DNA from: Candidatus Eiseniibacteriota bacterium
GTDB lineage: Bacteria; Eisenbacteria; RBG-16-71-46; JABDJR01
DNA: 26,816 bases
NCBI GenBank assembly: GCA_963783375.1
Contig: CAWANH010000013.1
Coordinates: 1-26,816, forward strand
Reading direction: 5' to 3'
Position 1 is the stretch's first letter; each line of letters begins with the position of its first letter. The notes below the pieces were generated by a model. That model searched no databases, was not told where the DNA came from, and saw only the letters and a program-made list of their open reading frames with translations. Positions 8,111 to 17,233 of this stretch are shown here, piece after piece. The position numbers and the translations under genes are program-made.

Positions 8111-9724
8111 GTGTCCATAGAGAAGGTCGGTCATCGCTCGCCGCGCGTCTTTGAAAAGGCCTACATTCCGCCCGAGGAAGGCACGGGCATTCCCGGCACC
8201 GGCCGCTCGGCGTTGTTCTACCAGAATCGCAGCCGCCTCCCCACCGTCAGCCACGGACGGGGGATCTACATCTACGACACCGAGGGAAAACGCTACCTGG
8301 ACGGGTGCAGCGGCGCGGTATCGGCCAACCTGGGGCACGGCAACCCCCGGATCCTGCAAGCGGCCCGGGCACAGATGGAGAAGATCGCCTTCGCCTACCG
8401 CCTCCAGTTCGAGAACGAACCGGCCAACGACCTCGCCGAGCTTCTCGTTCGGCTCTCCGTCCCCGAGCTGAACCGGGTGTTCTTCGTCAACTCCGGGTCC
8501 GAGGCGGTGGAGAGCGCGGTCAAGCTGGCCCGGCAGTTCTGGTGGGCCACCGGCCGCCAGGGGAAGACCCGCTTCATCTCCCGCCGGCCGTCCTTCCACG
8601 GGGCCACTCTCGGCGCGCTGGCCCTGACCAGCTATGCCCCCCTGAACATCCCCTTCAGCCCCAATACGGTGGAGTCTCCCAAGATCGCAGCGCCGTTCTG
8701 TTACCACTGTCCCCTGGGCAAGGAGTATCCCGGGTGCGGGGTCGCCTGCGCGTGGGAGCTGGAGGAAACCCTGGACACCCTGGGACCGGAGAACGTGGCC
8801 GGGTTCATCGCCGAACCGATCGGTGGCTCCACCACCGCGGCCGCGGTCCCCCCGGACGAGTACTTCACGATCGTGGAGGGGATCTGTCACGACCGCGAGG
8901 TGCTCCTGATCATCGACGACGTGATGACCGGCTGCGGGCGTACGGGAACCTTCTACGGCTACGAGCACTGGGACATCACCCCGGACATCGTGGCCACGAG
9001 CAAAGGGCTGTCCGCGGGCTACGCCCCCATCGGGGCCATCGTGGCCAGCGATGCGGTGGTGGAGCCGGTGCTGGAGAGCGGCGGCTTCATGCACGGCCAT
9101 ACCTATGCCGGAAATCCCCTGTCCACCGCCATCGCCCTGGAGGCGGTGCGCATCATCCTCGACGACAACCTGATGGAAAACGCGCGGGAAACCGGGACCT
9201 ACCTGCACGAACGTCTCCACGAGCTCAAGGCCCGGCATCCCGTGGTCGGGGACGTCCGCGGCCGGGGCCTCATGGCGGGGGTGGAGTTCGTCCGGGACCG
9301 GGTGGCCCGGGTGCCCTTCCCCGCCGGCTGGTTCGTGGCCCTGGAGGCCACCGAGATCGCTCGTGGACACGGCCTCCTGGTCTATCCCCGCCGCTCCCTC
9401 AACGGGCTCTCCGGGGATCACGTGCTCATCGCCCCTCCGCTCATCATGGACCGGGAAGGGGTGGACGAACTCATCGAGCGATTCGACCGCACGCTCTCCG
9501 ACCTCATGAAACTGCTCCACCGCTACCTGGAGGCCGAGGCTCCCGCCTTCCGCGACACCACGGTGCGGCGCTATCACCAGGCCGAACAGCTTCCCGACTA
9601 TGCCATCGGCAACCTGGAAGCAATCGAACCCGCCGCCGACGCCAACGTGACCGGCGCCATGGAGCAGGGCGATTTCGGCCGGCTGGACCCCTCCGAGGAC
9701 GGGGAACGGGACGGCGACAAGTGA
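8111..9724 (+). CDS. Class III PLP-dependent aminotransferase, YodT-like
   Basis: Motifs YLDGCSGAVSANLGHG, AFAYRLQF, FFVNSGSEAVE, SFHGATLGAL, FIAEPIGG, DDVMTGCGRTG, the PLP lysine in SKGLSAGY, HGHTYAGNP and IAPPLI. Start at GTG 8111 after GAGGGA is tentative; the ORF track extends it to 7871. Confidence 0.9.
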   Translation: MSIEKVGHRSPRVFEKAYIPPEEGTGIPGTGRSALFYQNRSRLPTVSHGRGIYIYDTEGKRYLDGCSGAVSANLGHGNPRILQAARAQMEKIAFAYRLQFENEPANDLAELLVRLSVPELNRVFFVNSGSEAVESAVKLARQFWWATGRQGKTRFISRRPSFHGATLGALALTSYAPLNIPFSPNTVESPKIAAPFCYHCPLGKEYPGCGVACAWELEETLDTLGPENVAGFIAEPIGGSTTAAAVPPDEYFTIVEGICHDREVLLIIDDVMTGCGRTGTFYGYEHWDITPDIVATSKGLSAGYAPIGAIVASDAVVEPVLESGGFMHGHTYAGNPLSTAIALEAVRIILDDNLMENARETGTYLHERLHELKARHPVVGDVRGRGLMAGVEFVRDRVARVPFPAGWFVALEATEIARGHGLLVYPRRSLNGLSGDHVLIAPPLIMDREGVDELIERFDRTLSDLMKLLHRYLEAEAPAFRDTTVRRYHQAEQLPDYAIGNLEAIEPAADANVTGAMEQGDFGRLDPSEDGERDGDK

Positions 9725-10413
9725 TCGACCGGGTTACCGAGGCCCCGGAGGCGGTTCGGCGCCATCTCGCTCCCGGACAAGCGGTGATGGTGGGGGGCTT
9801 CGGCCGGGGCGGGGTTCCGTTCACCCTGGTCGAGATCCTGGCCGGACAACCCGATCGCTACCGCGATCTCACCCTGATCAAGAACGACGCCAGCGAACCC
9901 GGCCTCGGGATCGACCTGCTCCTGAGGGCGGGGATGGTGACCAGGCTCGTTTCCACCCACATCGGACTCAACCCGGAGTTCATCGGGCAGATGAACCGCG
10001 GCGAGGTGGTGTGCGAGCTGGTCCCCCAGGGCATCTTTGCCGAGCGCATCCGGGCCGGGGGGGCGGGGATCCCCGGTTTCCTCACCGACATCGGGCTCGG
10101 AACCGAGGTCGCGGGCGGAAAGCCCACCGTGGTCCTCGACGGCCGCACCTACCTCCTGGAACGGGCCCTCAGGGGGGACGTGGCCCTGATCGGGGCCGAC
10201 GTGGCCGACCGGGCCGGAAACGCCTGGTGGCGGGGCTCCAACCGCAACATGAACCCCCTCATGGCCACCGCCTGCGACCGGGTGGTGGTGGAGGCCCGGC
10301 GGATCGTCCCGGTGGGGGAGTTGGAGCCGGAAAACGTCCACCTGCCCGCGGTGTTCGTGGACGCAGTGGTGCAGGCGGAAACGCCCCCCCATCTCCGGAG
10401 GGCGACGTCTTGA
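9721..10413 (+). CDS. 3-oxoacid CoA-transferase subunit A (family I; YodS/AtoD/ScoA-like)
   Basis: GTG overlaps the upstream stop (GTGA). Motifs VMVGGFG, STHIGLNP, ELVPQGIFAERIRAGGAGIPGF, DVALI, ADRAGN, NMNPLMA and VHLPAVFVD. Confidence 0.93.
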   Translation: MIDRVTEAPEAVRRHLAPGQAVMVGGFGRGGVPFTLVEILAGQPDRYRDLTLIKNDASEPGLGIDLLLRAGMVTRLVSTHIGLNPEFIGQMNRGEVVCELVPQGIFAERIRAGGAGIPGFLTDIGLGTEVAGGKPTVVLDGRTYLLERALRGDVALIGADVADRAGNAWWRGSNRNMNPLMATACDRVVVEARRIVPVGELEPENVHLPAVFVDAVVQAETPPHLRRATS

Positions 10414-11081
10414 GCTTCGACCGGGCCCTCTCTCCCGCCGACGAGGTCATCGTGCGACGCGCGGTGCGCGAGCTCGAGAGCGGCATGACCGTGAACCTGG
10501 GGATCGGTATGCCCACCTATCTTCCCCGCTTCCTCCCCCCGGAGGTGGACGTGGTGTTCCACTCCGAAAACGGGTTCGTGGGGATGGGCCCGCCCCTCGA
10601 GGCCGGGACGCCCGACCACGATGTCATCGACGCCGGGGGGCGGGCCTGTACCCTGCTTCCGGGCGCGGCCTGCTTCGACAGCCTGCTCTCCTTCGCCATC
10701 GTGCGGGGGGGAAACCTGGATCTGGCCGTCCTCGGCGCCTTCGAGGTGAGCGTGACCGGCGATCTGGCCAACTGGAAGATCCCGGGGAAACTTACTCCCG
10801 GAATGGGAGGAGGGATGGAGCTGGCCCAGAAAGCCAACCACCTGCTCGTGGTCTCCCGTCACCTGGACAAGCAGGGGCGGGCGAAGCTCAGGGCCCGATG
10901 TGACCTTCCTCTCACCGCCCCCGCGTGCGTGGGCACCCTGATCACCGAGCGCGCCGTTTTCCGACGGCGCGACGGCCGGCTGCGGTTGGCGAGCCTCCAC
11001 CCCGACCACACCCTCGCATCCGCCCTGGAGGCGGTGGACGTCGAGGTGGAGACGGACGGCCCGCTCGTCCCCTGGGCCTGA
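10410..11081 (+). CDS. 3-oxoacid CoA-transferase subunit B (YodR/AtoA/ScoB-like)
   Basis: TTG start overlaps the upstream TGA, after GGAGG. Motifs VNLGIGMPT, catalytic HSENG, SFAIVRGGNLD, GDLANW, GMGGGMELA, CDLPLT and ITERAVF. Confidence 0.93.
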   Translation: MSFDRALSPADEVIVRRAVRELESGMTVNLGIGMPTYLPRFLPPEVDVVFHSENGFVGMGPPLEAGTPDHDVIDAGGRACTLLPGAACFDSLLSFAIVRGGNLDLAVLGAFEVSVTGDLANWKIPGKLTPGMGGGMELAQKANHLLVVSRHLDKQGRAKLRARCDLPLTAPACVGTLITERAVFRRRDGRLRLASLHPDHTLASALEAVDVEVETDGPLVPWA

Positions 11082-11118
11082 CCCGCCGGGGGATCCCGCC
11101 GGCCGGAAAGGAGCGGAC

Positions 11119-12423
11119 ATGACACGACCGTCTGAACTCGATCTCGCCGGAGCGGTGGCCGCCCGCCGGGAGTGGGCGCTGGACGTCCTTCGCACCCTGG
11201 TCCGCGAGCCGACCGTGCTCGGACACGAGCGCACCGGCCAGGACCGCGTGGCCGCGATCTACGAGGAGCTCGGCTTCGAGCCCCGGTTCGAGCCGATCGA
11301 CGAGGCCCGGCTGCGCGGGCTTCCCGGCTTCGGGGCCACGGACTGGGAGCTGGATGGAAAGATGAACCTGGTCGCGGTGCATGAGCCGCCGAACCCCCAG
11401 GGGCGGAGCCTCATCCTGAACGGCCACATCGACGTGGTTAGCCCCGAGCCCACCGTGCTCTGGTCCACGCCTCCCTTCGAGCCGGTGCTCCTGGAGGACG
11501 ACGAGGACGGCGAGACCTGGCTCCGGGGACGTGGGGCCGGCGACATGAAGGGGGGCACGGTGAGCTTCCTCTGGGCCCTGGCCGCTCTCGGCGATCTGGG
11601 ACACGCCCCCGGCTCCCGCCTGGTTCTCCAGTCCCCGGTGGAGGAGGAGTGCACCGGAAACGGGACCCTGGCTCTGCTCGCCGCCGGCCACACCGCCGAC
11701 GCCGCGGTGATCCCCGAGCCCTTCGCGGAAACCCTCCTCGTCCACCAGGTGGGGGTGATGTGGTTCGACGTCCGGGTGCTCGGACGCACCACCCACGTGC
11801 TGGGGGCGAGCCGGGGGGTGAACGCGATCGAGAAGTCCTGGGTGATCCTCCGGGCGCTCCGGGCCCTGGAAGAGGAGCTGAACCGCCCCGAGGTGATTCC
11901 CGAGGGTTACCGCGCCGTGGAGCATCCCCTGAACCTCAACGTGGGGGTGATCCGCGGCGGCGACTGGGCCAGCACCGTGGCCGGGGAGTGTACGATCCGC
12001 TACCGGATCGGGCTCTTTCCCGGCCAGCGCCTGGACGAGCTCAAGCGAAGGATCGAGAGCCGGGTGGCCGAAGCCGCCGCCGGCGACGACTGGCTCCGGA
12101 CGTCGCCCCCCCGGGTCTCCTACGTGGGCTTCCAGGCCGAAGGGGCGAGCTTCGATCCGGAATGCGACGCGGGTCGGGCCCTGACCGCCGCCCACCGGGC
12201 CTGGCGCGGGGGCGCCCCCGAGGCGCTCGCCGCCACCGCCACCACCGACGCCCGGTTCATGAATCTCTACCACGACATCCCCGCCACCTGCTACGGGCCC
12301 AAGGCGGTGGCCATTCACGGGGTGGACGAGAAGGTGAGCGTGGACTCCATGCAGCGGGTGGCCGAGGTGCTCTCCACCTTCGTGACCGACTGGTGCGGCC
12401 TGGCCCCGAGGAGGCGTCGATGA
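11119..12423 (+). CDS. ArgE/DapE-family (M20) deacylase, YodQ-like
   Basis: RBS AAGGAG. Metal-binding motifs GRSLILNGHIDVV, GRGAGDMKGG, EEECTGNG, IPEP and IHGVDE. Confidence 0.92.
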   Translation: MTRPSELDLAGAVAARREWALDVLRTLVREPTVLGHERTGQDRVAAIYEELGFEPRFEPIDEARLRGLPGFGATDWELDGKMNLVAVHEPPNPQGRSLILNGHIDVVSPEPTVLWSTPPFEPVLLEDDEDGETWLRGRGAGDMKGGTVSFLWALAALGDLGHAPGSRLVLQSPVEEECTGNGTLALLAAGHTADAAVIPEPFAETLLVHQVGVMWFDVRVLGRTTHVLGASRGVNAIEKSWVILRALRALEEELNRPEVIPEGYRAVEHPLNLNVGVIRGGDWASTVAGECTIRYRIGLFPGQRLDELKRRIESRVAEAAAGDDWLRTSPPRVSYVGFQAEGASFDPECDAGRALTAAHRAWRGGAPEALAATATTDARFMNLYHDIPATCYGPKAVAIHGVDEKVSVDSMQRVAEVLSTFVTDWCGLAPRRRR

Positions 12424-13589
12424 AGTTCCGTGAAGCGGTGGGGATCGCCGCGCCGATCCGCACCCCCATGGGCAGGCTGGCCGGGGCTCTGGCCCCGGTG
12501 GAGCCGTTCCAGCTCCTGGCCCACGTCCTTCGCGCGGCAAGCGAACGCACCGGCTCCCACCGTCCCGACGAGGTGATCGCGGGGAACGTCAGGAACTCCA
12601 TCGGCAACATCGCCCGGGTGGCCGCCCTGGAGGCGGGCCTGGGGGTGGACGTTCCCGCCGTCACCGTGGATCGCCAGTGCGCCTCCAGCCTGGAAGCCCT
12701 GGTCTCCGCCGCCGCGCGCATCCAGGCCGGGATGGCCGAGCGGATCCTGGTGGGCGGGGTGGAGAGCGCCAGCCGCTGTCCGTGGCTCTTCGAGAAGACC
12801 GCGCGTCCCTACGCGTATTTCGAGCCCCGCCCCTACCCGATCCACCTGGCTCCGGAGTCGGTGGGGGACCCCTCCATGGGGGAGACCGCGGAGATCCTGA
12901 GCGACGAGTTCGGGATCGAGCGCGAGGCCATGGACCGCTTCGCGGTGGAGAGCCACCGTCGGGCCGCCGCGGCCTACGACCGGGGGGACTTCGCCGATGA
13001 GGTGGTGCCGGTCCCCGTTCCCGGCCGGAAGGGAGCGGCGAACCAGGTGGACCGTGACGAGACCGTCCGCCCCGACACGTCCTTCGAGGCCCTGGCCGGG
13101 CTCCCCCCCGCCTTTCGCCGGGACGGGCGGGTCACCGCGGGCAACAGCTCACCGCTCTCCGACGGGGCTTCGGCCTGCTGGGCGGCCTCCCCCCGGGCCC
13201 TGGAGGCGGATGGGATCGCCCCCGCGGCCTGGCTCACCGGGGCGGTCACCGTGGCCCTGGAGCCCCGCCGGATGGGCATGGGGCCCGCCCTGGCCGTTCC
13301 CCGGCTCCTTCGGGAGCACGGTTTGACCGACGACGACATCGATCTCTACGAGATCAACGAGGCGTTCGCCGCCCAGGTCCTGGCGGTGAACCGGGAGCTT
13401 CACATTCCGCCCGGGAAGCTCAACGTGAACGGGGGAGCGGTGGCCCTCGGACATCCCTTCGGGGCCACCGGAGTGCGTCTGGTGGCCACCCTGGTTCACG
13501 CTCTTCGCCGTCGAGGCCTCCGCCGGGGAGTGGCCTCGCTCTGCATCGGGGGAGGCCAGGGCATGGCCGTTCTCCTGGAGATTCCATAG
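12420..13589 (+). CDS. Acetyl-CoA C-acyltransferase (thiolase)
   Basis: ATGA overlap with the upstream stop. Motifs RTPMG, catalytic RQCASSL, GGVES, MGETAE, TAGNSSPLSDGA, EINEAFA, NVNGGAVALGHPFGATG and LCIGGGQG. Confidence 0.95.
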   Translation: MKFREAVGIAAPIRTPMGRLAGALAPVEPFQLLAHVLRAASERTGSHRPDEVIAGNVRNSIGNIARVAALEAGLGVDVPAVTVDRQCASSLEALVSAAARIQAGMAERILVGGVESASRCPWLFEKTARPYAYFEPRPYPIHLAPESVGDPSMGETAEILSDEFGIEREAMDRFAVESHRRAAAAYDRGDFADEVVPVPVPGRKGAANQVDRDETVRPDTSFEALAGLPPAFRRDGRVTAGNSSPLSDGASACWAASPRALEADGIAPAAWLTGAVTVALEPRRMGMGPALAVPRLLREHGLTDDDIDLYEINEAFAAQVLAVNRELHIPPGKLNVNGGAVALGHPFGATGVRLVATLVHALRRRGLRRGVASLCIGGGQGMAVLLEIP

Positions 13590-13701
13590 CCCGACCTCGT
13601 TCATGAATCCGCCGCACCGGGTTCGTGAATCGGCCGGGCCGGCTTCGCGCCGGGGCCTCGGCGGCCGTGAACCCGAGGCCCCGTCCGGAAAGGACACCGT
13701 C

Positions 13702-15003
13702 ATGAGCATGCCGAACCGCGTCAGCCGCGAACTTCTGGAGCGCCGGGCCGCCGCGGTCCCACGGGGACCGTTCAACGCCTTTCCCGTCTTCGTCGATCGT
13801 GCCCTGGGGGCCCGGCTCTGGGACGTGGACGGCCGGGAGTACCTGGACTTCGCCGGCGGGATCGGCACCATGAACGTGGGGCACAATCATCCACGGGTCG
13901 TGGAGGCGATCCGCGTCCAGAGCGGGCGGTTCCTGCACACCTGCTGGCACGTTGCCATGTACGAGGGGTACGTGCGGCTGGCCGAGCGGCTGAACGCCCT
14001 GGCCCCGATGACCGGCGCGCGGAAGACCGCGTTCTTCAACAGCGGGGCCGAAGCGGGGGAGAACGCGGTCAAGATCGCCCGCGTGTTCACCGGACGGAAG
14101 GCGGTGGTGGGCTTCGAGCGCGGCTTTCATGGCCGCACTCTCCTCGGCATGACCCTGACCGGGAAGGTCCGTCCCTACACCGCCGGCTTCGGGCCCTTCG
14201 CCCCCGAGATCTACCGGCTTCCCTACCGGCCTTTCTTCGCCCCCGGCCGGGAGGCCTCCGACGATGCGGTGCGGGCGGGGGCCAGGGCCGCCCTGGACCG
14301 GTTGTTCCACTACCACGTGGAGCCGGAGGAGATCGCGCTCCTCATCCTGGAGCCCGTGCTCGGAGAGGGTGGGTTCTTCCCGGTTCACCCGGCCGCCCTG
14401 GACGTGCTCGGGGAAGCCTGCCGGGAGCACGGAATCCTCCTGGCCGCCGATGAGGTGCAGACCGGAATGGGCCGGGCCGGGGCGATGTTCGCGATCGAAC
14501 GCTACGGCGTGACCCCGGACCTGGTGCTCACCGCCAAGTCCCTGGGCGGAGGGCTGCCGCTCTCCGCGGTGACCGGCCCCGCGGAGATCATGGACGCCCC
14601 GCCGGTGGGCGGGATCGGCGGAACCTTCGGGGGGAATCCGGTGGCCTGTGCGGCCGGGAACGCGGTGCTGGACGTGCTGGAGGAGGAAAAGCTCCCGGAA
14701 CGGGCGAGGTCGATCGGGGACCGGGTCATGGCGCGGTTCGAGGGGCTCCGGGAATCGCTGCCCCACGTGGCCGACGCCCGTGGGCTGGGGGCGATGTGCG
14801 CCCTGGAGATCGTGGACCCCGGGAGCGGTTCTCCCGATCCCGGAAGGACGGCGAGGATCCTGGATGGGGCCCGGGAGCGCGGCCTCCTCGTCATGTCGGC
14901 GAGCGGAAACGTGATCCGCACCCTGATGCCGTTGGTCATCACCGATCCGGAGCTGGAGCGGGGACTGGCGATCCTGGTCGAGGCGACGGAGCAGGCGGCC
15001 TGA
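13702..15003 (+). CDS. gabT: 4-aminobutyrate--2-oxoglutarate transaminase (GABA/5-aminovalerate transaminase)
   Basis: RBS GAAAGGA. GabT motifs DFAGGIGTMNVGHNHP, FLHTC, FFNSGAEAGENAVKIAR, FHGRT, LTGKVRPY..GFGPF, EPVLGEGGF, DEVQTG, AKSLGGGLPLS and GGTFGGNPVAC. Confidence 0.9.
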   Translation: MSMPNRVSRELLERRAAAVPRGPFNAFPVFVDRALGARLWDVDGREYLDFAGGIGTMNVGHNHPRVVEAIRVQSGRFLHTCWHVAMYEGYVRLAERLNALAPMTGARKTAFFNSGAEAGENAVKIARVFTGRKAVVGFERGFHGRTLLGMTLTGKVRPYTAGFGPFAPEIYRLPYRPFFAPGREASDDAVRAGARAALDRLFHYHVEPEEIALLILEPVLGEGGFFPVHPAALDVLGEACREHGILLAADEVQTGMGRAGAMFAIERYGVTPDLVLTAKSLGGGLPLSAVTGPAEIMDAPPVGGIGGTFGGNPVACAAGNAVLDVLEEEKLPERARSIGDRVMARFEGLRESLPHVADARGLGAMCALEIVDPGSGSPDPGRTARILDGARERGLLVMSASGNVIRTLMPLVITDPELERGLAILVEATEQAA

Positions 15004-15111
15004 TTCCCGCGGGGTAGCGGAGCATCGCGCGTTGACCGGCGCGGGCCGGACCGGGGTCAGCCGGGCCGCACCCCCGATCGACCGCCGGTCTCAGGAACCG
15101 GGTCACTCACC

Positions 15112-16917
15112 CTATTGCGTTGCCACGGGCAGACGCAGCTCGACGGTGCGGCGAAGCTGAGCAAGGTCGTCCAGGAACCGCTTCCGGCCCTCCTCGATGA
15201 ACCCGTCGGTCAGGCGGCGATAGTACTCCATCCCGCTCAACAGGTTGTCCCTGAACTCCCGGAGATCCTCCATTGCGCGTGCGGATGGCCTGAGCGAACA
15301 CCTGTCGATTTCCTTCCGGAAGTGGTCGACGTAGAGTCCGAGCTCCCGGATGAACATGTGTGGGCGATCGGCCGGGGTGTCGAGCGACTTGCGTCCGTAG
15401 ATGTGATCGACCATCTCCTGCAGGGTGGCAAGCTTGGACAGGTTCACGATCCCCGGGCCGCAACACATCGCGGGGGTGGCGTCCGGATCGATGCCGCACT
15501 TGACCAGGGCCCCGCCGGCCAGGTCCCGGCAGAGGCAGACCTTGGCGAGAACGGTTTCCATCGCGTCGGAAAGACGGTCGGCCGGGAGGTTCGCGGCCCG
15601 AAGCTGTTTGATCTTCCGTCCCTGGTAGTTCTGCGAGGCGGGACAGATCGGAACGTCGGTGAATTCGGTGTTGGATACGAGAAACCCCATCAGACAGGGG
15701 CTCCCGGGACGACCCTGCTGGATGCGCCGCCGCCGGCGCTCCTCGCTGGCCGATGAGCGAAGGTTCCAGAACGGGACGCCGAGCGGGGAACTGTCGCTCA
15801 GATACACGTCCCGGTCCGTGGCCCCGGCCAGCTTGTCCAGGTGCGCCTCGTCGACGTTCGTCACCTCCGGCACGAGCAAAAAGGGCGTACCCCAGCCCGT
15901 GCCGTCGACGTTGTAGTACTTCAGGAGGAGCTCGTTCTCGGTGGCGGTTCCGATTCCCCCTTGCGCCGTGATGCGCAGTTCGTGGGGCGTGTCGACCCGC
16001 GGCCGGCCCAGGGCGGCCAGGGCCCGGTTGTAGATATCGTGGAACATCTCGACCAGTTCCCGCCGGTTCTGCTTGAACTCCTCCAGGATCGGCCCCATCA
16101 GGTACCCGTTGGTGGCGAAGGTGTGGCCGCCGCAGTTGAGCCCCGATTCGATGCGGTATTCGGAAACCCACAGACCGCGCTTCGCCAGGTACTTGCCCTG
16201 GATCATCGCGGAGCGGAAGTCGCTCACCTTGAGGATGATCTGTTTCCGGAGTTGGCCGCTTCCGTCCGGGAAGAAATCGGCGAACCGGGAGAGATAGGCG
16301 TAGAGGTGGGGATTCATGCCCGCGGAGAAGATGATCGAGGATCCGAGGGTACTGTTGGCGTAGCCCCGCAACGCCGAAATCGCGGCGCCCGATTCGGGCG
16401 GGAGCTTCCGGCCGGGGCGGTACCGGTCGCCGTCGATCCGGGACATGATGTTCACGTCGATCTTGCCCGGCACCGCGCGACGCCGAAGCTCATCCTGCAT
16501 CCGGGTCTTCTCGACCGGGTCGTCGGTGGTCAACATGTCGCGGTAGGCCCGCTTCAGCGGGGTTTCCGGCAGCAGTTCGTAGTAGCGGGTGATCTCCGCG
16601 CCTTCCTCGAAGGGGGAGCCCTGGAGCTCCTTCGACTGGCGCCCGACCAGGCGATCGATGAGGTTCAGGTAGGCGGTGATCCTCCTGGCCCGCGCATCCT
16701 CGTCCCGGTCGGAGATCTCCTCGTAGGGTTCATCCTGCCCGTCGCAGTGGAACATCCGCATCTTCTCGACGAGGGTGTCGTCCATGAGCGAGATCACGGA
16801 TGAAATGCCGTACTTGGCCACCCGCAGGGGGGTGTCGACGGTGAACCCGGTGCCCATCACCGGGACATGGAAGGTGTGTGCGCTTCGCAAGGTCGAGCCA
16901 GTCATTCTGAACTCCAT
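15112..16917 (-). CDS. Conserved hypothetical protein with nitronate-monooxygenase/FabK-like FMN-barrel motifs and a Cys-rich C-terminal part
   Basis: 601-aa ORF with globular composition. Motifs HVPVMG, IIFSAG, IESGLNCGGH, ITAQGGIGT and GWGTPFL. Cys residues in SPCLMG, PICPAS, KVCLC and MCCGP. Start may be 16917 or 16905. Confidence 0.8.
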   Translation of the reverse strand: MEFRMTGSTLRSAHTFHVPVMGTGFTVDTPLRVAKYGISSVISLMDDTLVEKMRMFHCDGQDEPYEEISDRDEDARARRITAYLNLIDRLVGRQSKELQGSPFEEGAEITRYYELLPETPLKRAYRDMLTTDDPVEKTRMQDELRRRAVPGKIDVNIMSRIDGDRYRPGRKLPPESGAAISALRGYANSTLGSSIIFSAGMNPHLYAYLSRFADFFPDGSGQLRKQIILKVSDFRSAMIQGKYLAKRGLWVSEYRIESGLNCGGHTFATNGYLMGPILEEFKQNRRELVEMFHDIYNRALAALGRPRVDTPHELRITAQGGIGTATENELLLKYYNVDGTGWGTPFLLVPEVTNVDEAHLDKLAGATDRDVYLSDSSPLGVPFWNLRSSASEERRRRRIQQGRPGSPCLMGFLVSNTEFTDVPICPASQNYQGRKIKQLRAANLPADRLSDAMETVLAKVCLCRDLAGGALVKCGIDPDATPAMCCGPGIVNLSKLATLQEMVDHIYGRKSLDTPADRPHMFIRELGLYVDHFRKEIDRCSLRPSARAMEDLREFRDNLLSGMEYYRRLTDGFIEEGRKRFLDDLAQLRRTVELRLPVATQ

Positions 16918-17187
16918 GTGTTCCGGTTACCGCGAAGGCGACGTGCCCGGGATGCGATTACGCTCGGAACGCGAACGAAACGAGCGTTGGCGGCCTCGTA
17001 CCGCCTGAACCGGATTCCAGGGAGGATCAATCGACTTGGCCAGCACAATGCCGGATCGAAGACAAACTCAAAGCTAGCAGCCAATACGGCCCGGGGCAAC
17101 CACGAAACCCGCGGTGGCCGGGCGGGCGGCGTCCGCTCCGACGTGGTTACGCTCCACCTCGCGATGCGGCCCGGATGATGATCCGGC

Positions 17188-17233
17188 CTAGGAATCCCGG
17201 TCGGAGACGCCCCGTGACTTCTCCTCGGTCTTG
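17188..17233 (+). repeat. Left copy of a perfect 46-bp direct repeat flanking the IS630 element
   Basis: CTAGGAATCCCGGTCGGAGACGCCCCGTGACTTCTCCTCGGTCTTG is identical to 18392-18437. Confidence 0.97.
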
